Below are positions 30,300-38,949 of a stretch of 64,000 bases of DNA, one piece after another (the first letter of the stretch is position 1; each line of letters starts with the position of its first letter). The notes under the pieces were generated by a model. That model did not search any database, was not told where the DNA came from, and saw nothing but the letters and a program-made list of their open reading frames with translations. The DNA is taken from IMG/VR virus record IMGVR_UViG_3300021962_008382, positions 94,916-158,915 of that record. One strand, 5' to 3'. Source of the DNA: a virus. The position numbers were made by a program, and so were the translations under genes.

Positions 30300-31010
30300 A
30301 TGTCATTACCAGTACTTCAGACTCCCGTCTATGAGTTGAATATACCATCCACAAACGAAACAATTAAATACAGACCTTTTCTTGTTAAAGAATATAAAGT
30401 TCTTTTAACAATGATTGAAGCTAGCAACGACGAGATTTCGAGAATTATTAAAGAAGTTATTTCTACATGTACTTTTAATAAACTGAATACAAAAGATCTA
30501 ACTCATTTTGATATAGAGTATATTTTTCTAATGCTTAGATCAAGATCAATCGGTGAGATAGTAGAGGTACAGGTAACTTGCGATTGTGGTAATAAGATAC
30601 CAACAAAATACAACATCGATGATGTTAAGATTGTAAAAGACCCAGAACATACGAATATGATAGATCTTAATAATGATTACGGTATAGAAATGATGTACCC
30701 AAAAATTGAAGATGTTTTTAACGTATATGGTAATAAAAAAACTAAGGTTGTAGATGGTATTATAAATCTTATTTGTAACAATATAAAAGGCATATACAAG
30801 AAAGATGGATCCTCGTACTGGGGTGGAGAAGATATTACTAAGAAAGAAAAAGAAGAATTTGTTCTTTCTTTAAATCAAAATCAATTTAAAAAACTCGAAT
30901 TATTTTTTAAATCATCACCTAGGGTAGTGCAAGAAATACATGTACAATGCGGAGTTTGTAATAAGCCAATTAATAAAAAAATAGAAGGTATTGGAAATTT
31001 TTTCGTCTAA
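30300..31010 (+). CDS. gp26: Baseplate hub assembly protein gp26
   Basis: MSLPVLQTP.YEL.IPST...KYRPFLVKE.K.LL; FDIEYIFL.LR.RS.GE; ends EGIGNFF. Confidence 0.92.
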   Translation: MSLPVLQTPVYELNIPSTNETIKYRPFLVKEYKVLLTMIEASNDEISRIIKEVISTCTFNKLNTKDLTHFDIEYIFLMLRSRSIGEIVEVQVTCDCGNKIPTKYNIDDVKIVKDPEHTNMIDLNNDYGIEMMYPKIEDVFNVYGNKKTKVVDGIINLICNNIKGIYKKDGSSYWGGEDITKKEKEEFVLSLNQNQFKKLELFFKSSPRVVQEIHVQCGVCNKPINKKIEGIGNFFV

Positions 31011-31030
31011 GCCTTTCTCATAGTAATTTA

Positions 31031-31204
31031 ATGAATTATTACGTGTTGAATTTTTCGTTAATGCAGCATCACAAATATTCATTAACAGAACTAGAAGATA
31101 TGATACCGTGGGAAAGGGAAATTTACGTAGCTATGCTAACCGACTTTATAAAAAAAGAAAACGAAAAGATTAAGGCCCTAAATCAAAACCTAAAGAATAG
31201 CTAA
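31031..31204 (+). CDS. gp51: Baseplate hub assembly catalyst gp51-like short ORF
   Basis: Not in ORF track: MNYYVLNFSLMQHHKYSLTELEDMIPWEREIYVAML..., 57 aa; possibly made as a -1 frameshift fusion with gp26. Confidence 0.9.
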   Translation: MNYYVLNFSLMQHHKYSLTELEDMIPWEREIYVAMLTDFIKKENEKIKALNQNLKNS

Positions 31205-32684
31205 TGGAAACTTTACAAGATATTATCGACGACTTCAAACAACAGAATTCTGAAGACCCCTCCGATCATTCGCTGGGAGATGGCTTCGATAGCACTGTTA
31301 TTCTCAGAGAGATAGCGGATTCTTTTATATCACAGAACGCTAGTTAGAAAATATTTCTTTAAACGTACAATCTATTACTGACGGTATATTGGAAAAAGAA
31401 AATTTAGATGAACAAAATATATCTAATTTACTTACTAGTTTTCTTGATTCTGAACTAATAAGAACAGCATTCGAGAAGTTAGGAAATGTATATGATGTTG
31501 TACAAGAATGGGCAGTAGACGCACTTAACGTTATTGAGGACTGGTATAGATCCACTTTAGATATATTTAATAATATTAAAGAGCTTTTTGATAGTAGAAA
31601 CGCAATACTCACTGCAAACCCTAATGCTGCTGCTAACCCGGAAGCAGATAATGTAGTTTCTGCTGATGAAGAGCAAGCAGAAGGTATTACTAAGTTAGTA
31701 GGATTAATTGAAACAAGTAATCAGCTTCTTACCGGTATACTGAATGGTTCTTTAGATAATACCGAAGCAGATATTAGTAGAGAAGATGAAGATAAAAAAC
31801 AAAGTAAAAAGAAAGAAAATACTGATTCAAGTTTATTTGGTGTACTGGGTGGGATTTTAGGAAGTTTTCTAGATTCTGAATTAGTAAAATCAGCATTCGA
31901 GAAGTTAGGAAAGGCATATGATGTTATTAAAGGATGGGCTACAGATGTTTTAGATTTTTTTAGAGAAGTATTTGGTGGTATTGCAGATTTTTTTAGAGGA
32001 GGCGCAGAAGCCCGAGATCAAGCTGCTGTAGATCAAGCTCGCATTCAAAGTTACGGTTATTTTAATAATGCAATACAGGATATAAAGGGTGATATTCCGA
32101 ATAATCTTAATAATTTATTGCCTGATGACCGGGCTGAGATTCAGAATCGTGTTAATCAAATTAGATATGAAGCTCAAGAATATAAGAAAAGACCTGAAAT
32201 GCAGGACCCTGTACAGCAAGAGGAGTTTGATAAATTTATCGAAACCTCTCTTCAAGGCATACCGCAAGAATTCTTAAATACAGATTTAAGTACGTATACA
32301 CCCAAAGAAAAAATAGGACTACCCTCCTGGCTTGATTTTAAAATTGGGGGTCCTTCAGATAGTTCAGCTATGACCCCTCTCCCGAGTACTCCACCGACAT
32401 CGGGTATAGAGAACAGTGCAGAGCCGGGCGTGGTATATGGTGTACCAGGTCAAAGGGTTTATTCAGGGCAGGTAATTCGAGCTGCTCCTGAAACTACCTC
32501 CAATCAGCTACTAGAACAGATGGATCAAAATAATAATTACAATCTCGCGAATAAGACGTCTAGTATTAATCAGATTAATATGCCAGTGATTAATAATAAC
32601 ACTAATGTAAATAACAGTTCTTATAGCGGTGGGTCATCCTCGACCCCTAGAAACAATATCTCACCTCTTGTCGGTATCCTATAA
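31204..32684 (+). CDS. Tape-measure/baseplate hub gp29-like protein, apparently broken by a 1-nt frameshift at ~31344
   Basis: ATG 31204 overlaps the gp51 stop; the 47-codon ORF stops at 31345-31347 and the -1 frame continues to 32684; helical, with Asn-rich NNNTNVNN tail; position after gp26/gp51. Confidence 0.6.
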
Positions 32685-32710
32685 AAAACGGGGCTCTAGG
32701 CCCCGTTCTT
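32683..32710. terminator. Bidirectional intrinsic terminator between convergent operons
   Basis: AAAAAACGGGGC-TCTAG-GCCCCGTTCTT. Confidence 0.85.
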
Positions 32711-32711
32711 A

Positions 32712-33614
32712 TCAATCATCGTTTGCTAATTTAGCAAAATAACTTAATGACGAATCATCGTCATCAATGTCAATATTTGCCTTAGGTTTAGATACTTTAA
32801 CAGTAGGTTTATCAAACGGGATTGTATCATTATCATCCAGTGAAACATCAACAGCGGACTTAGCCGGCTGACTAGTCGCAGTAAGAACCTGTTCAAGCTT
32901 CTTCTTAAGCTCATCATAGGTCTTGAAGTTTTTAGGATCCAAAAACTCACTCAACGAATGCTGGTTGTTCCAGATGCTTTCCATCTTATTATCTTCTGCT
33001 AGCGCTGATGAAGTTTCGAACTCCGACTTATCGTAGTTACGATACCCCTCAACGTTACGTGCTTTCAGTTTAAAGTTTGCCCCAGCCCAGAAGTCAAACG
33101 GGTTAACAGGGGTCTCATCTTCAAACTGCGGCTGCATAAGATCTTTAATCTTATCAAAGATCTTCTTACCGAACTTAAAGAGAAATACTTTACCTTCATT
33201 CTCAGGATGCGCTGGATCTTTAACAACATAGATATTAGAGATATAAGTCAGACGGCGTTTCTGCTTACGCGCGATCTCTTTATCTGCTTCATTACCCGTG
33301 TTCCAGAGCTGCGTATTAAGCTCAGATACCGGGTCAGGCTTATTAAGAGTAGTAAGCGAGTTTTCGATATACCACTTACCAGTAGGACCTTGAAAGCCAT
33401 GATTCCAGATTCGTACCCAGGGAAGATCTTCACCTTTAGGAGGAGGAAGGAATCGAATAACAGCGTATCCGTTACCAGCTTTATCTACTTCAAGAGACCA
33501 GAAACGATCATCGCTCTTTGCTGCTTCAGCAGGTTGCGCAATCTTTTCTACTTCTTTGAGAATGGAGTCGAGGGAACCACGACCTTTTTTAAGAGAGGAA
33601 AAATCAATAGCCAT
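32712..33614 (-). CDS. gp32: Single-stranded DNA-binding protein gp32
   Basis: DDRFW...DKAGNGYAVIRFLP; WYIENSLTT; GANFKLK.R.VEGYRNYDKSEF; SYFAKLA. Confidence 0.97.
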   Translation of the reverse strand: MAIDFSSLKKGRGSLDSILKEVEKIAQPAEAAKSDDRFWSLEVDKAGNGYAVIRFLPPPKGEDLPWVRIWNHGFQGPTGKWYIENSLTTLNKPDPVSELNTQLWNTGNEADKEIARKQKRRLTYISNIYVVKDPAHPENEGKVFLFKFGKKIFDKIKDLMQPQFEDETPVNPFDFWAGANFKLKARNVEGYRNYDKSEFETSSALAEDNKMESIWNNQHSLSEFLDPKNFKTYDELKKKLEQVLTATSQPAKSAVDVSLDDNDTIPFDKPTVKVSKPKANIDIDDDDSSLSYFAKLANDD

Positions 33615-33659
33615 TTTTATTGCTCCGTATTTGCGTTGTATGTTAGTGTATGCGAAGTA

Positions 33660-33839
33660 TTAACGTTGTATTTCATTACGAGCTACTACGTCACTTTCGT
33701 CATCGGATGATTTGCGATATCGCTCATAATCCGATAACATATTATATAGGCTTTTTTTATATTTGCCAGTTTTACTTCCCTTCACTACCCTGTGAATTTT
33801 CTTGTCCTTGTTATCCCAACTATCTTTAACTGTTTTCAT
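33660..33839 (-). CDS. Small hypothetical protein (59 aa)
   Basis: Not in ORF track: MKTVKDSWDNKDKKIHRVVKG...; overlaps the gp59 stop; AAGGA SD. Confidence 0.6.
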   Translation of the reverse strand: MKTVKDSWDNKDKKIHRVVKGSKTGKYKKSLYNMLSDYERYRKSSDDESDVVARNEIQR

Positions 33840-34449
33840 TTCCTTGTTGATTAATATGCTTAGACAGTATAGTACTGTACTTGTTAACGTTTACTGATAA
33901 GAACGGTTTATATTTTGTAATCAGTCTCGATATATCTGGCCACATCAAGTCATTAGCTAAGCTTAAATTCAATGACTCACTGTAGTTAAGAATACATTCG
34001 AGAATTACCAAGGTTTCAATCGATACATCTTTCCGTAAATAAAGCTTTACAATGAAGGGGTGTTGATTGTTTACACTCTCAAACATCTTTCTAAATTGTA
34101 TGCCTTTGTTACTGCAAAAGTTAAGTATCTTACTAACTTCTTTTTCAAACGTATAGGTGAGAGCTTCGATACGCTTTTTCCATTCGGTGTATCTATCTTT
34201 TGCTTCGGTATCGAATACCCCGCCCCATCTATCACCACTCACAAAATTACTGACAAGAAAGTTTACTACCTCTTTGTCAGAATACGTCTCAGCCACACGC
34301 CTGATAGCAATAAGATCTTTACGCTTCAAGAATGCTTGCTTAGACGCTTTCACCTTACCTCGCTGTTTAACTGCATCGTAAGTATCTGTAGTAAAATGCA
34401 GTCTTAGAGCGAGATAATATCTATAAACTTCGTATGCGTCCATAATCAT
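33826..34449 (-). CDS. gp59: Helicase loader gp59
   Basis: YLALRLHFT.D.YD; F.KRKD; S.ETL.IL; KYKPFL. Confidence 0.9.
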   Translation of the reverse strand: MIMDAYEVYRYYLALRLHFTTDTYDAVKQRGKVKASKQAFLKRKDLIAIRRVAETYSDKEVVNFLVSNFVSGDRWGGVFDTEAKDRYTEWKKRIEALTYTFEKEVSKILNFCSNKGIQFRKMFESVNNQHPFIVKLYLRKDVSIETLVILECILNYSESLNLSLANDLMWPDISRLITKYKPFLSVNVNKYSTILSKHINQQGNENS

Positions 34450-34715
34450 ACTGGGAGTCGCCCGATAGGTTTAATGAGTTTATATTCTTCTGCTTCAAGT
34501 CTTATTTTATCTCTTAACTTACTATTAATCAACGGGCTTACTGATTCAATATCTATATCTACATCTGTGCAGTACTTTACAATCGCTTCCATATAACTTA
34601 TTCGTAAGCGGTTAACCATCTCATCAATATAGATTGCAAATTCGTTAGGGGATCTAAAACGTTTTGTAATTACTAGCGTATCGGTTAGTTTAGTGTTACT
34701 TTGTTCTTCTGTCAT
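34446..34715 (-). CDS. gp33: Late transcription coactivator gp33
   Basis: ISYMEAIV.YC...IDIES...LI...LRDKI..EAE...L...LPV. Confidence 0.9.
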   Translation of the reverse strand: MTEEQSNTKLTDTLVITKRFRSPNEFAIYIDEMVNRLRISYMEAIVKYCTDVDIDIESVSPLINSKLRDKIRLEAEEYKLIKPIGRLPV

Positions 34716-34741
34716 TAGGACCTCTTCAATGTCGACAAGAC

Positions 34742-34770
34742 ATTATAAAGATTTTTTGTGTCTAGTGCCA
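34742..34770 (-). promoter_or_regulatory. sigma70-type promoter TGGCAC-17-TATAAT
   Basis: Upstream of gp33. Confidence 0.5.
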
Positions 34771-35420
34771 TTGTTTTTTTCGTAAAGATCCCGAAAGTAC
34801 AGAAGTTGGTCAACGTATTTGTCTCTCTTCTCGGTAAATACTTGAGGCTCTGAATCGTCTACCGAAATTAAGACTGCAGTTTTAGAAACCGGAATACCGA
34901 AGCGTTCTTCAAACATAATAGCGTAAGCTGAGGCTTGCATGAAGTAGTTATCTATTTGGTCTTTATCTTTAAGCTTGCGCGAGGTTTTAAAATCGATTAC
35001 AGACAATTTACCATCGAACTCACCGATACAGTCAACAGTACCAGCTACTCGTAAATGGTCAGAATACATCCTAAGCTCTTGACAGTAGATATTGTTAATG
35101 CGGTTTAGTACTGGTTTGAATACATTAAATGTGTTTTTATCGATCAGATCTTTATAATTAGGTTCGGTGTTGTTGAGATACTCTTCACATAGCTTGTGAA
35201 TACGAGTCCCTCTATTTGACGCGGTGCGAGAAATTTTGTTTGCCTCAGCCTCTCCTACTCGCTGACGCCACTCCATGATGTGTTTGATATTGTATTGAGA
35301 TAGGACTGTGGTAACAGAGGGGTACTTAGCCCCCTCTGGTGTTACGTAATACCTGGTACCGTCTACATTTACTTGCTGGAGCTTAGGTAGCTCTTGATCA
35401 ATTGATACATGATTAAACAT
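34743..35420 (-). CDS. PD-(D/E)XK (Cas4-like) exonuclease
   Basis: YPSVTTVL...W..RVG..EA; RGT..H; AGTVDCI...IDFKTS...YFMQ..AYA. Confidence 0.9.
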   Translation of the reverse strand: MFNHVSIDQELPKLQQVNVDGTRYYVTPEGAKYPSVTTVLSQYNIKHIMEWRQRVGEAEANKISRTASNRGTRIHKLCEEYLNNTEPNYKDLIDKNTFNVFKPVLNRINNIYCQELRMYSDHLRVAGTVDCIGEFDGKLSVIDFKTSRKLKDKDQIDNYFMQASAYAIMFEERFGIPVSKTAVLISVDDSEPQVFTEKRDKYVDQLLYFRDLYEKNNGTRHKKSL

Positions 35421-35425
35421 AACGT

Positions 35426-35454
35426 ATTATATTATCATTTTAGCATTTCGGCAA
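35426..35454 (-). promoter_or_regulatory. sigma70-type promoter TTGCCG-17-TATAAT (leaderless mRNA predicted)
   Basis: -10 box ends 5 nt before the exonuclease ATG. Confidence 0.55.
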
Positions 35455-36049
35455 ACTTTTTGGTTTTTTCTATCCTATCTGGTAAGCCGTGTGTACCACC
35501 ATTTATCTTTCTAGTTAATTCTGTAATAGCTGCATCAGTAATACCTTTATCGCATATTGCCCACAGTTTATTCTTTTCAAAGAAATAAAGAGCGCTATCA
35601 AAAGAATACTTAGTAGATACTAGATCAGGATCATTAATTACTTCTGGGTCTTTTACAAAGTCAGCGAAGGCTTTGTAATTATCTTTACCGGTTAGTTGAA
35701 GCGCTCCTCTCCCTCGATACTTCCACCCGTCACCCGACGCTTCATCCCCATTACCCATTCTATTAGCATATACTTTATTAGCTATCTTCTCGGGTTGACG
35801 TTCATATTGTTTAGCCATCTCTTCGGTTGTAAAGTACTTGCCAAATATACTACGAAGACCAGAAGCACCGTAATTTAAATTCTCAGTAAAAGATTTAAAG
35901 TTACCCGACTCATGAGCCGTCTGTGCAAAGAAATGAGCCGCACGAATATTAGTAAGCTTCAAAGCCGTTACTGCTGCTTTAATAGTACCCGGTCCAAAAC
36001 TTCCGTCTGGCTTAATACCAATTCTTTCTTGTAGACTTTTTAAAGACAT
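35435..36049 (-). CDS. Endolysin, glycoside hydrolase family 19, with N-terminal peptidoglycan-binding motif
   Basis: DGSFGPGT; AHFFAQ.AHESG; ENLNY; DGWKYRGRGALQLTGKDNY; TRKINGG. Confidence 0.93.
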   Translation of the reverse strand: MSLKSLQERIGIKPDGSFGPGTIKAAVTALKLTNIRAAHFFAQTAHESGNFKSFTENLNYGASGLRSIFGKYFTTEEMAKQYERQPEKIANKVYANRMGNGDEASGDGWKYRGRGALQLTGKDNYKAFADFVKDPEVINDPDLVSTKYSFDSALYFFEKNKLWAICDKGITDAAITELTRKINGGTHGLPDRIEKTKKFAEMLK

Positions 36050-36801
36050 TATTGTATCCTATCGTTATAAACCTGCTCATAGTTCATTCTTGCTAAGATA
36101 TACTCGCGTACTAGACTTGAACGTACAATATCTTCTACTTCAAACTCTACTGTCTTAAATGATGGCATGTTATCTGCAATCATCATAAACTTCTTTAAGC
36201 CAGACATATCATTCTTTCTATAGAGATCAGTCTGTCTGAAGTCACCGCAAAACAGTATCTTAGAGTTTTCACCGACACGAGTAATAATGCTATTTAGCTC
36301 CATATCGGTCATATTTTGACACTCATCTACCAAAATGATAGAGTTGTCGAGAGTAATACCTCTTACAAAAGAGGTAATTATAAACTGTACATGTCCTTGT
36401 TCAGTAAGACGTTGATAAGCATCTTTTCTATTGAATAAATCGCGACAGATTTCAATATACGGTTGCTGGTATACTTCTGTCTTTTCTTTCTCGTCACCAG
36501 GGAGGTGACCGATTTCTCGGGAGGGGACTGCAGATCGAACTATTACAACTTGATTATAAGGATTGCCTCTATCTAGTACTTCTTCTAGAGCTTTGTATAG
36601 GGCGATATAGGTCTTACCGGTTCCTGCCACACCATGAAGCAGCAGAAGAGGGGCTTGATTGCGGTAGAAGTCAAAAAACTTTTTTTGATTTTCTGTTAGA
36701 GGCTGTACCGTCTTTAAATCGTCTATTCTTATTTTTAGTGTGTTGTTTACTACCTTTAATGGACCTTCAGTGGAAGTTAGTTGAGGTTTGTTACGAGCCA
36801 T
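36049..36801 (-). CDS. phoH: PhoH family ATPase
   Basis: GVAGTGKT; IGHLPG; RGITL; DECQN; GDFRQTDL; DIVRS. Confidence 0.95.
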   Translation of the reverse strand: MARNKPQLTSTEGPLKVVNNTLKIRIDDLKTVQPLTENQKKFFDFYRNQAPLLLLHGVAGTGKTYIALYKALEEVLDRGNPYNQVVIVRSAVPSREIGHLPGDEKEKTEVYQQPYIEICRDLFNRKDAYQRLTEQGHVQFIITSFVRGITLDNSIILVDECQNMTDMELNSIITRVGENSKILFCGDFRQTDLYRKNDMSGLKKFMMIADNMPSFKTVEFEVEDIVRSSLVREYILARMNYEQVYNDRIQ

Positions 36802-36811
36802 GGTACCCTCT

Positions 36812-36849
36812 AAAAAGAAAAAGGGACGCTGGCAAAGCCAGGTCCCTTT
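36812..36849 (-). terminator. Intrinsic terminator-like hairpin upstream of phoH
   Basis: AAAGGGAC-CTGGC-TTT-GCCAG-C-GTCCCTTT followed by TTCTTTTT. Confidence 0.7.
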
Positions 36850-36873
36850 AGTTGTGTGAATAAAAGATTAATT

Positions 36874-37122
36874 TCATCTTCTAGATAGTTTATCAGCTAG
36901 ATTACTTTTATAGTTTGCAGAATGAATACGAGATAGAACTTCATTAAATCCTGCGTCGGGTTTACGGATACCCAAACGAACAGAGTCTCCTATTGCAGGA
37001 GCGTTACCTATAATACTAACTAGATCAGGATTGCTCTCTAAAAAAGTTTCTTTATCACTGATAGACATAAACTTTTCAAAAACTTCTTCAGTCTTAGTAT
37101 TGCGAAACGTGTATGTTGGCAT
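36874..37122 (-). CDS. FmdB-like small regulatory protein
   Basis: MPTYTFRN..T.E.FE..MS; KPDAGF.EVL.RI; start reassigned to ATG 37122 behind TATAAATA. Confidence 0.75.
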   Translation of the reverse strand: MPTYTFRNTKTEEVFEKFMSISDKETFLESNPDLVSIIGNAPAIGDSVRLGIRKPDAGFNEVLSRIHSANYKSNLADKLSRR

Positions 37123-37127
37123 AATAT

Positions 37128-37135
37128 TATTTATA
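37128..37135 (-). promoter_or_regulatory. T4-type late promoter TATAAATA
   Basis: Exact consensus 5 nt upstream of ATG 37122. Confidence 0.75.
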
Positions 37136-37664
37136 CAAACCAGGTTGGGGTGGATCTGTTCTTCCATCGCGCAAAGCGTTTTTTATCACCTATATAGTAG
37201 TTGCGATAACTAATAATCGAGTTACTATTTTTATAAATATCCGGCATTGCAGGAGTAGGATCACTTAGCCAACCTTTATCAGGTATATTTAAAGGTGTGA
37301 AAAGAAATATGTTTTTCTTTTCCGACACTTTATGTATTTTACCGTATCGAAAAGTATATTCTTCTAGTAATTCTAACCAGAGATTATACAGCCACTGATA
37401 ATGCTGCTTCGAAGAACGAACCCAGAGCCCGGACGGGTGCTTAATATGTGAAGCTTTCCACATCGTGTTTTCTCTTTCGTCAGGAAGTAGCCATCTAGCT
37501 ATTCTACGGCCTTTGGCAGTCTTACCTTCGTAGAATACCCCGTCAAGCACTCGGTGAGCAGTAGACATTAACTGACCGTACTCAAGTATCATCTTTACAA
37601 CATGTTTATCAACATGTTGCTTTGCACACTCAGCGGGGTCATTGCTGAGAAAAAATATATTCAT
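37131..37664 (-). CDS. Pyrimidine dimer DNA glycosylase / endonuclease V family
   Basis: MNIF.L..DP..CA..H.DKHVVKMILE..QL.STAH; HP..LW.R; EYT.RYGK.H; YRNYY. Confidence 0.85.
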   Translation of the reverse strand: MNIFFLSNDPAECAKQHVDKHVVKMILEYGQLMSTAHRVLDGVFYEGKTAKGRRIARWLLPDERENTMWKASHIKHPSGLWVRSSKQHYQWLYNLWLELLEEYTFRYGKIHKVSEKKNIFLFTPLNIPDKGWLSDPTPAMPDIYKNSNSIISYRNYYIGDKKRFARWKNRSTPTWFV

Positions 37665-37951
37665 GAGTATATTACGTTCTTAATAATCTTTTTAATTATT
37701 CGCTTAACTTTAGTTGAAAGTATATTGTCATCTACAGCGGTTTTTAAGCATAACAAAATTGTGTCGGGATCTAGCGATTCAACAGTATAGCTATTATAAC
37801 GTGTATCATCTACAATATAAAGGTTTACGCAAATAATTACTGCATCCACTTCGGCGTCAGTATACAAAGGTATACTAATAACGTAAGGTGAGTACGGTTT
37901 CTTTATATTAGGAAAAGAGTAAATCTTAGCTGTCATTGGGGTCCCTCCCAA
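37661..37951 (-). CDS. Hypothetical protein
   Basis: Operon packing; true start probably ATG ~37936. Confidence 0.6.
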   Translation of the reverse strand: MGGTPMTAKIYSFPNIKKPYSPYVISIPLYTDAEVDAVIICVNLYIVDDTRYNSYTVESLDPDTILLCLKTAVDDNILSTKVKRIIKKIIKNVIYS

Positions 37952-37958
37952 TATATAG

Positions 37959-38150
37959 CTACCGTTTAATAAACATTCCTGCTAAAGGGTCCTTAATCGT
38001 AAAAACATTAAAAGAAACATTATTATATAATGAAAGGGCTGTGTTCTTTGCTTGTTCTAACCCTTCTTCTGTTCGGTGCAGACCACCATTCATTGAGGTC
38101 CGAACACGACCTGCTTTATCTAGAAGATTAATCTCTAAATTAAATATCAC
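37959..38150 (-). CDS. Hypothetical protein
   Basis: GTGA overlap with the upstream gene. Confidence 0.55.
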   Translation of the reverse strand: MIFNLEINLLDKAGRVRTSMNGGLHRTEEGLEQAKNTALSLYNNVSFNVFTIKDPLAGMFIKR

Positions 38151-38407
38151 GATATAACACCCACCAGTTCTTGATACATCGACTCAAACTCTTCATGATC
38201 GGCAACCTCAATAGAAAAGTTACGCTTATGATGAGTTTTAGCCATTCGCCGGAAAGTCTTTTTTGACAGCTGGTGTTGTTCGCATGTCTCTTTAATTGCT
38301 TCTCTAATATAGTCTCGCTCTGCATCAATACGAGTCATAGCATTAGAGATTTCATCTAGTTGCTTTTTAATTTCCGATCTTACTTTAGGGTCTTGTGGAA
38401 GGCTCAT
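38147..38407 (-). CDS. dsbA: T4 DsbA-like double-stranded DNA-binding protein
   Basis: EIS....I.AERD.I.E......L.KK...RMA..HHK.NF...E.E.MY. Confidence 0.8.
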   Translation of the reverse strand: MSLPQDPKVRSEIKKQLDEISNAMTRIDAERDYIREAIKETCEQHQLSKKTFRRMAKTHHKRNFSIEVADHEEFESMYQELVGVIS

Positions 38408-38419
38408 AATATCCTCACT

Positions 38420-38797
38420 TTAGTTACGACGCATTTTAGCGAGTGAAACAGCTTCATCGCCACTGAATACCGGCACATAATTAGACTTATGCATTGAAGC
38501 AATGCCAAGAAGTTTATCACCAGTATATACTTGCTTCTGCCGACCGGTAGTTACAGCACCAAGTACAACAGAATTAAGACTTGAATATTTTTCTTCCGAT
38601 CTTTTCGGAACAGAAGACGAAGGAACGTAAGTCTTTACGTTATAAGTTTTCGGTTTAGTCGCTCTTCGACCATTATACGGACTAACACCTAACTCTTTAC
38701 AGAGACTCTCGTACGCTAGTCGCTGAGCCTTAGTCTTACTCTTAGGCTTACGCTTATAGGTATTCTTACAGTATATCATCATATATTCACCCTCCAA
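38420..38797 (-). CDS. Conserved basic hypothetical protein
   Basis: YTG.KLLGIA.MHKSN.VPVF...A..LA.MRR C-terminus; start probably at an ATG ~38782. Confidence 0.75.
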   Translation of the reverse strand: MEGEYMMIYCKNTYKRKPKSKTKAQRLAYESLCKELGVSPYNGRRATKPKTYNVKTYVPSSSVPKRSEEKYSSLNSVVLGAVTTGRQKQVYTGDKLLGIASMHKSNYVPVFSGDEAVSLAKMRRN

Positions 38798-38806
38798 GGT
38801 AGAGGT

Positions 38807-38835
38807 ATTATAAAGTATTACGTCTTACTTTTCAA
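38807..38835 (-). promoter_or_regulatory. sigma70-type early promoter TTGAAA-17-TATAAT
   Basis: Near-consensus with exact 17-nt spacer. Confidence 0.75.
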
Positions 38836-38949
38836 TCTTACGTTTAATAAGACGTGTATCAAAGAACTTTTCTTCAGGTAAAGCGTTACTGTCAGTAATC
38901 CAGTTACTGATTACTCTTTGCTTCCAGGTTTCTTTTTTACGAAACCAAT

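Noticed and set aside
33207-34407. + strand ORFs antisense to gp32 and gp59 (and similar antisense ORFs elsewhere)
   Set aside because: They overlap well-conserved genes on the opposite strand and have no motifs or SD
34743-35420. Cas4-like nuclease as a sign of a CRISPR system
   Set aside because: No array or other cas genes; it is a standard T4-like exonuclease in its usual context
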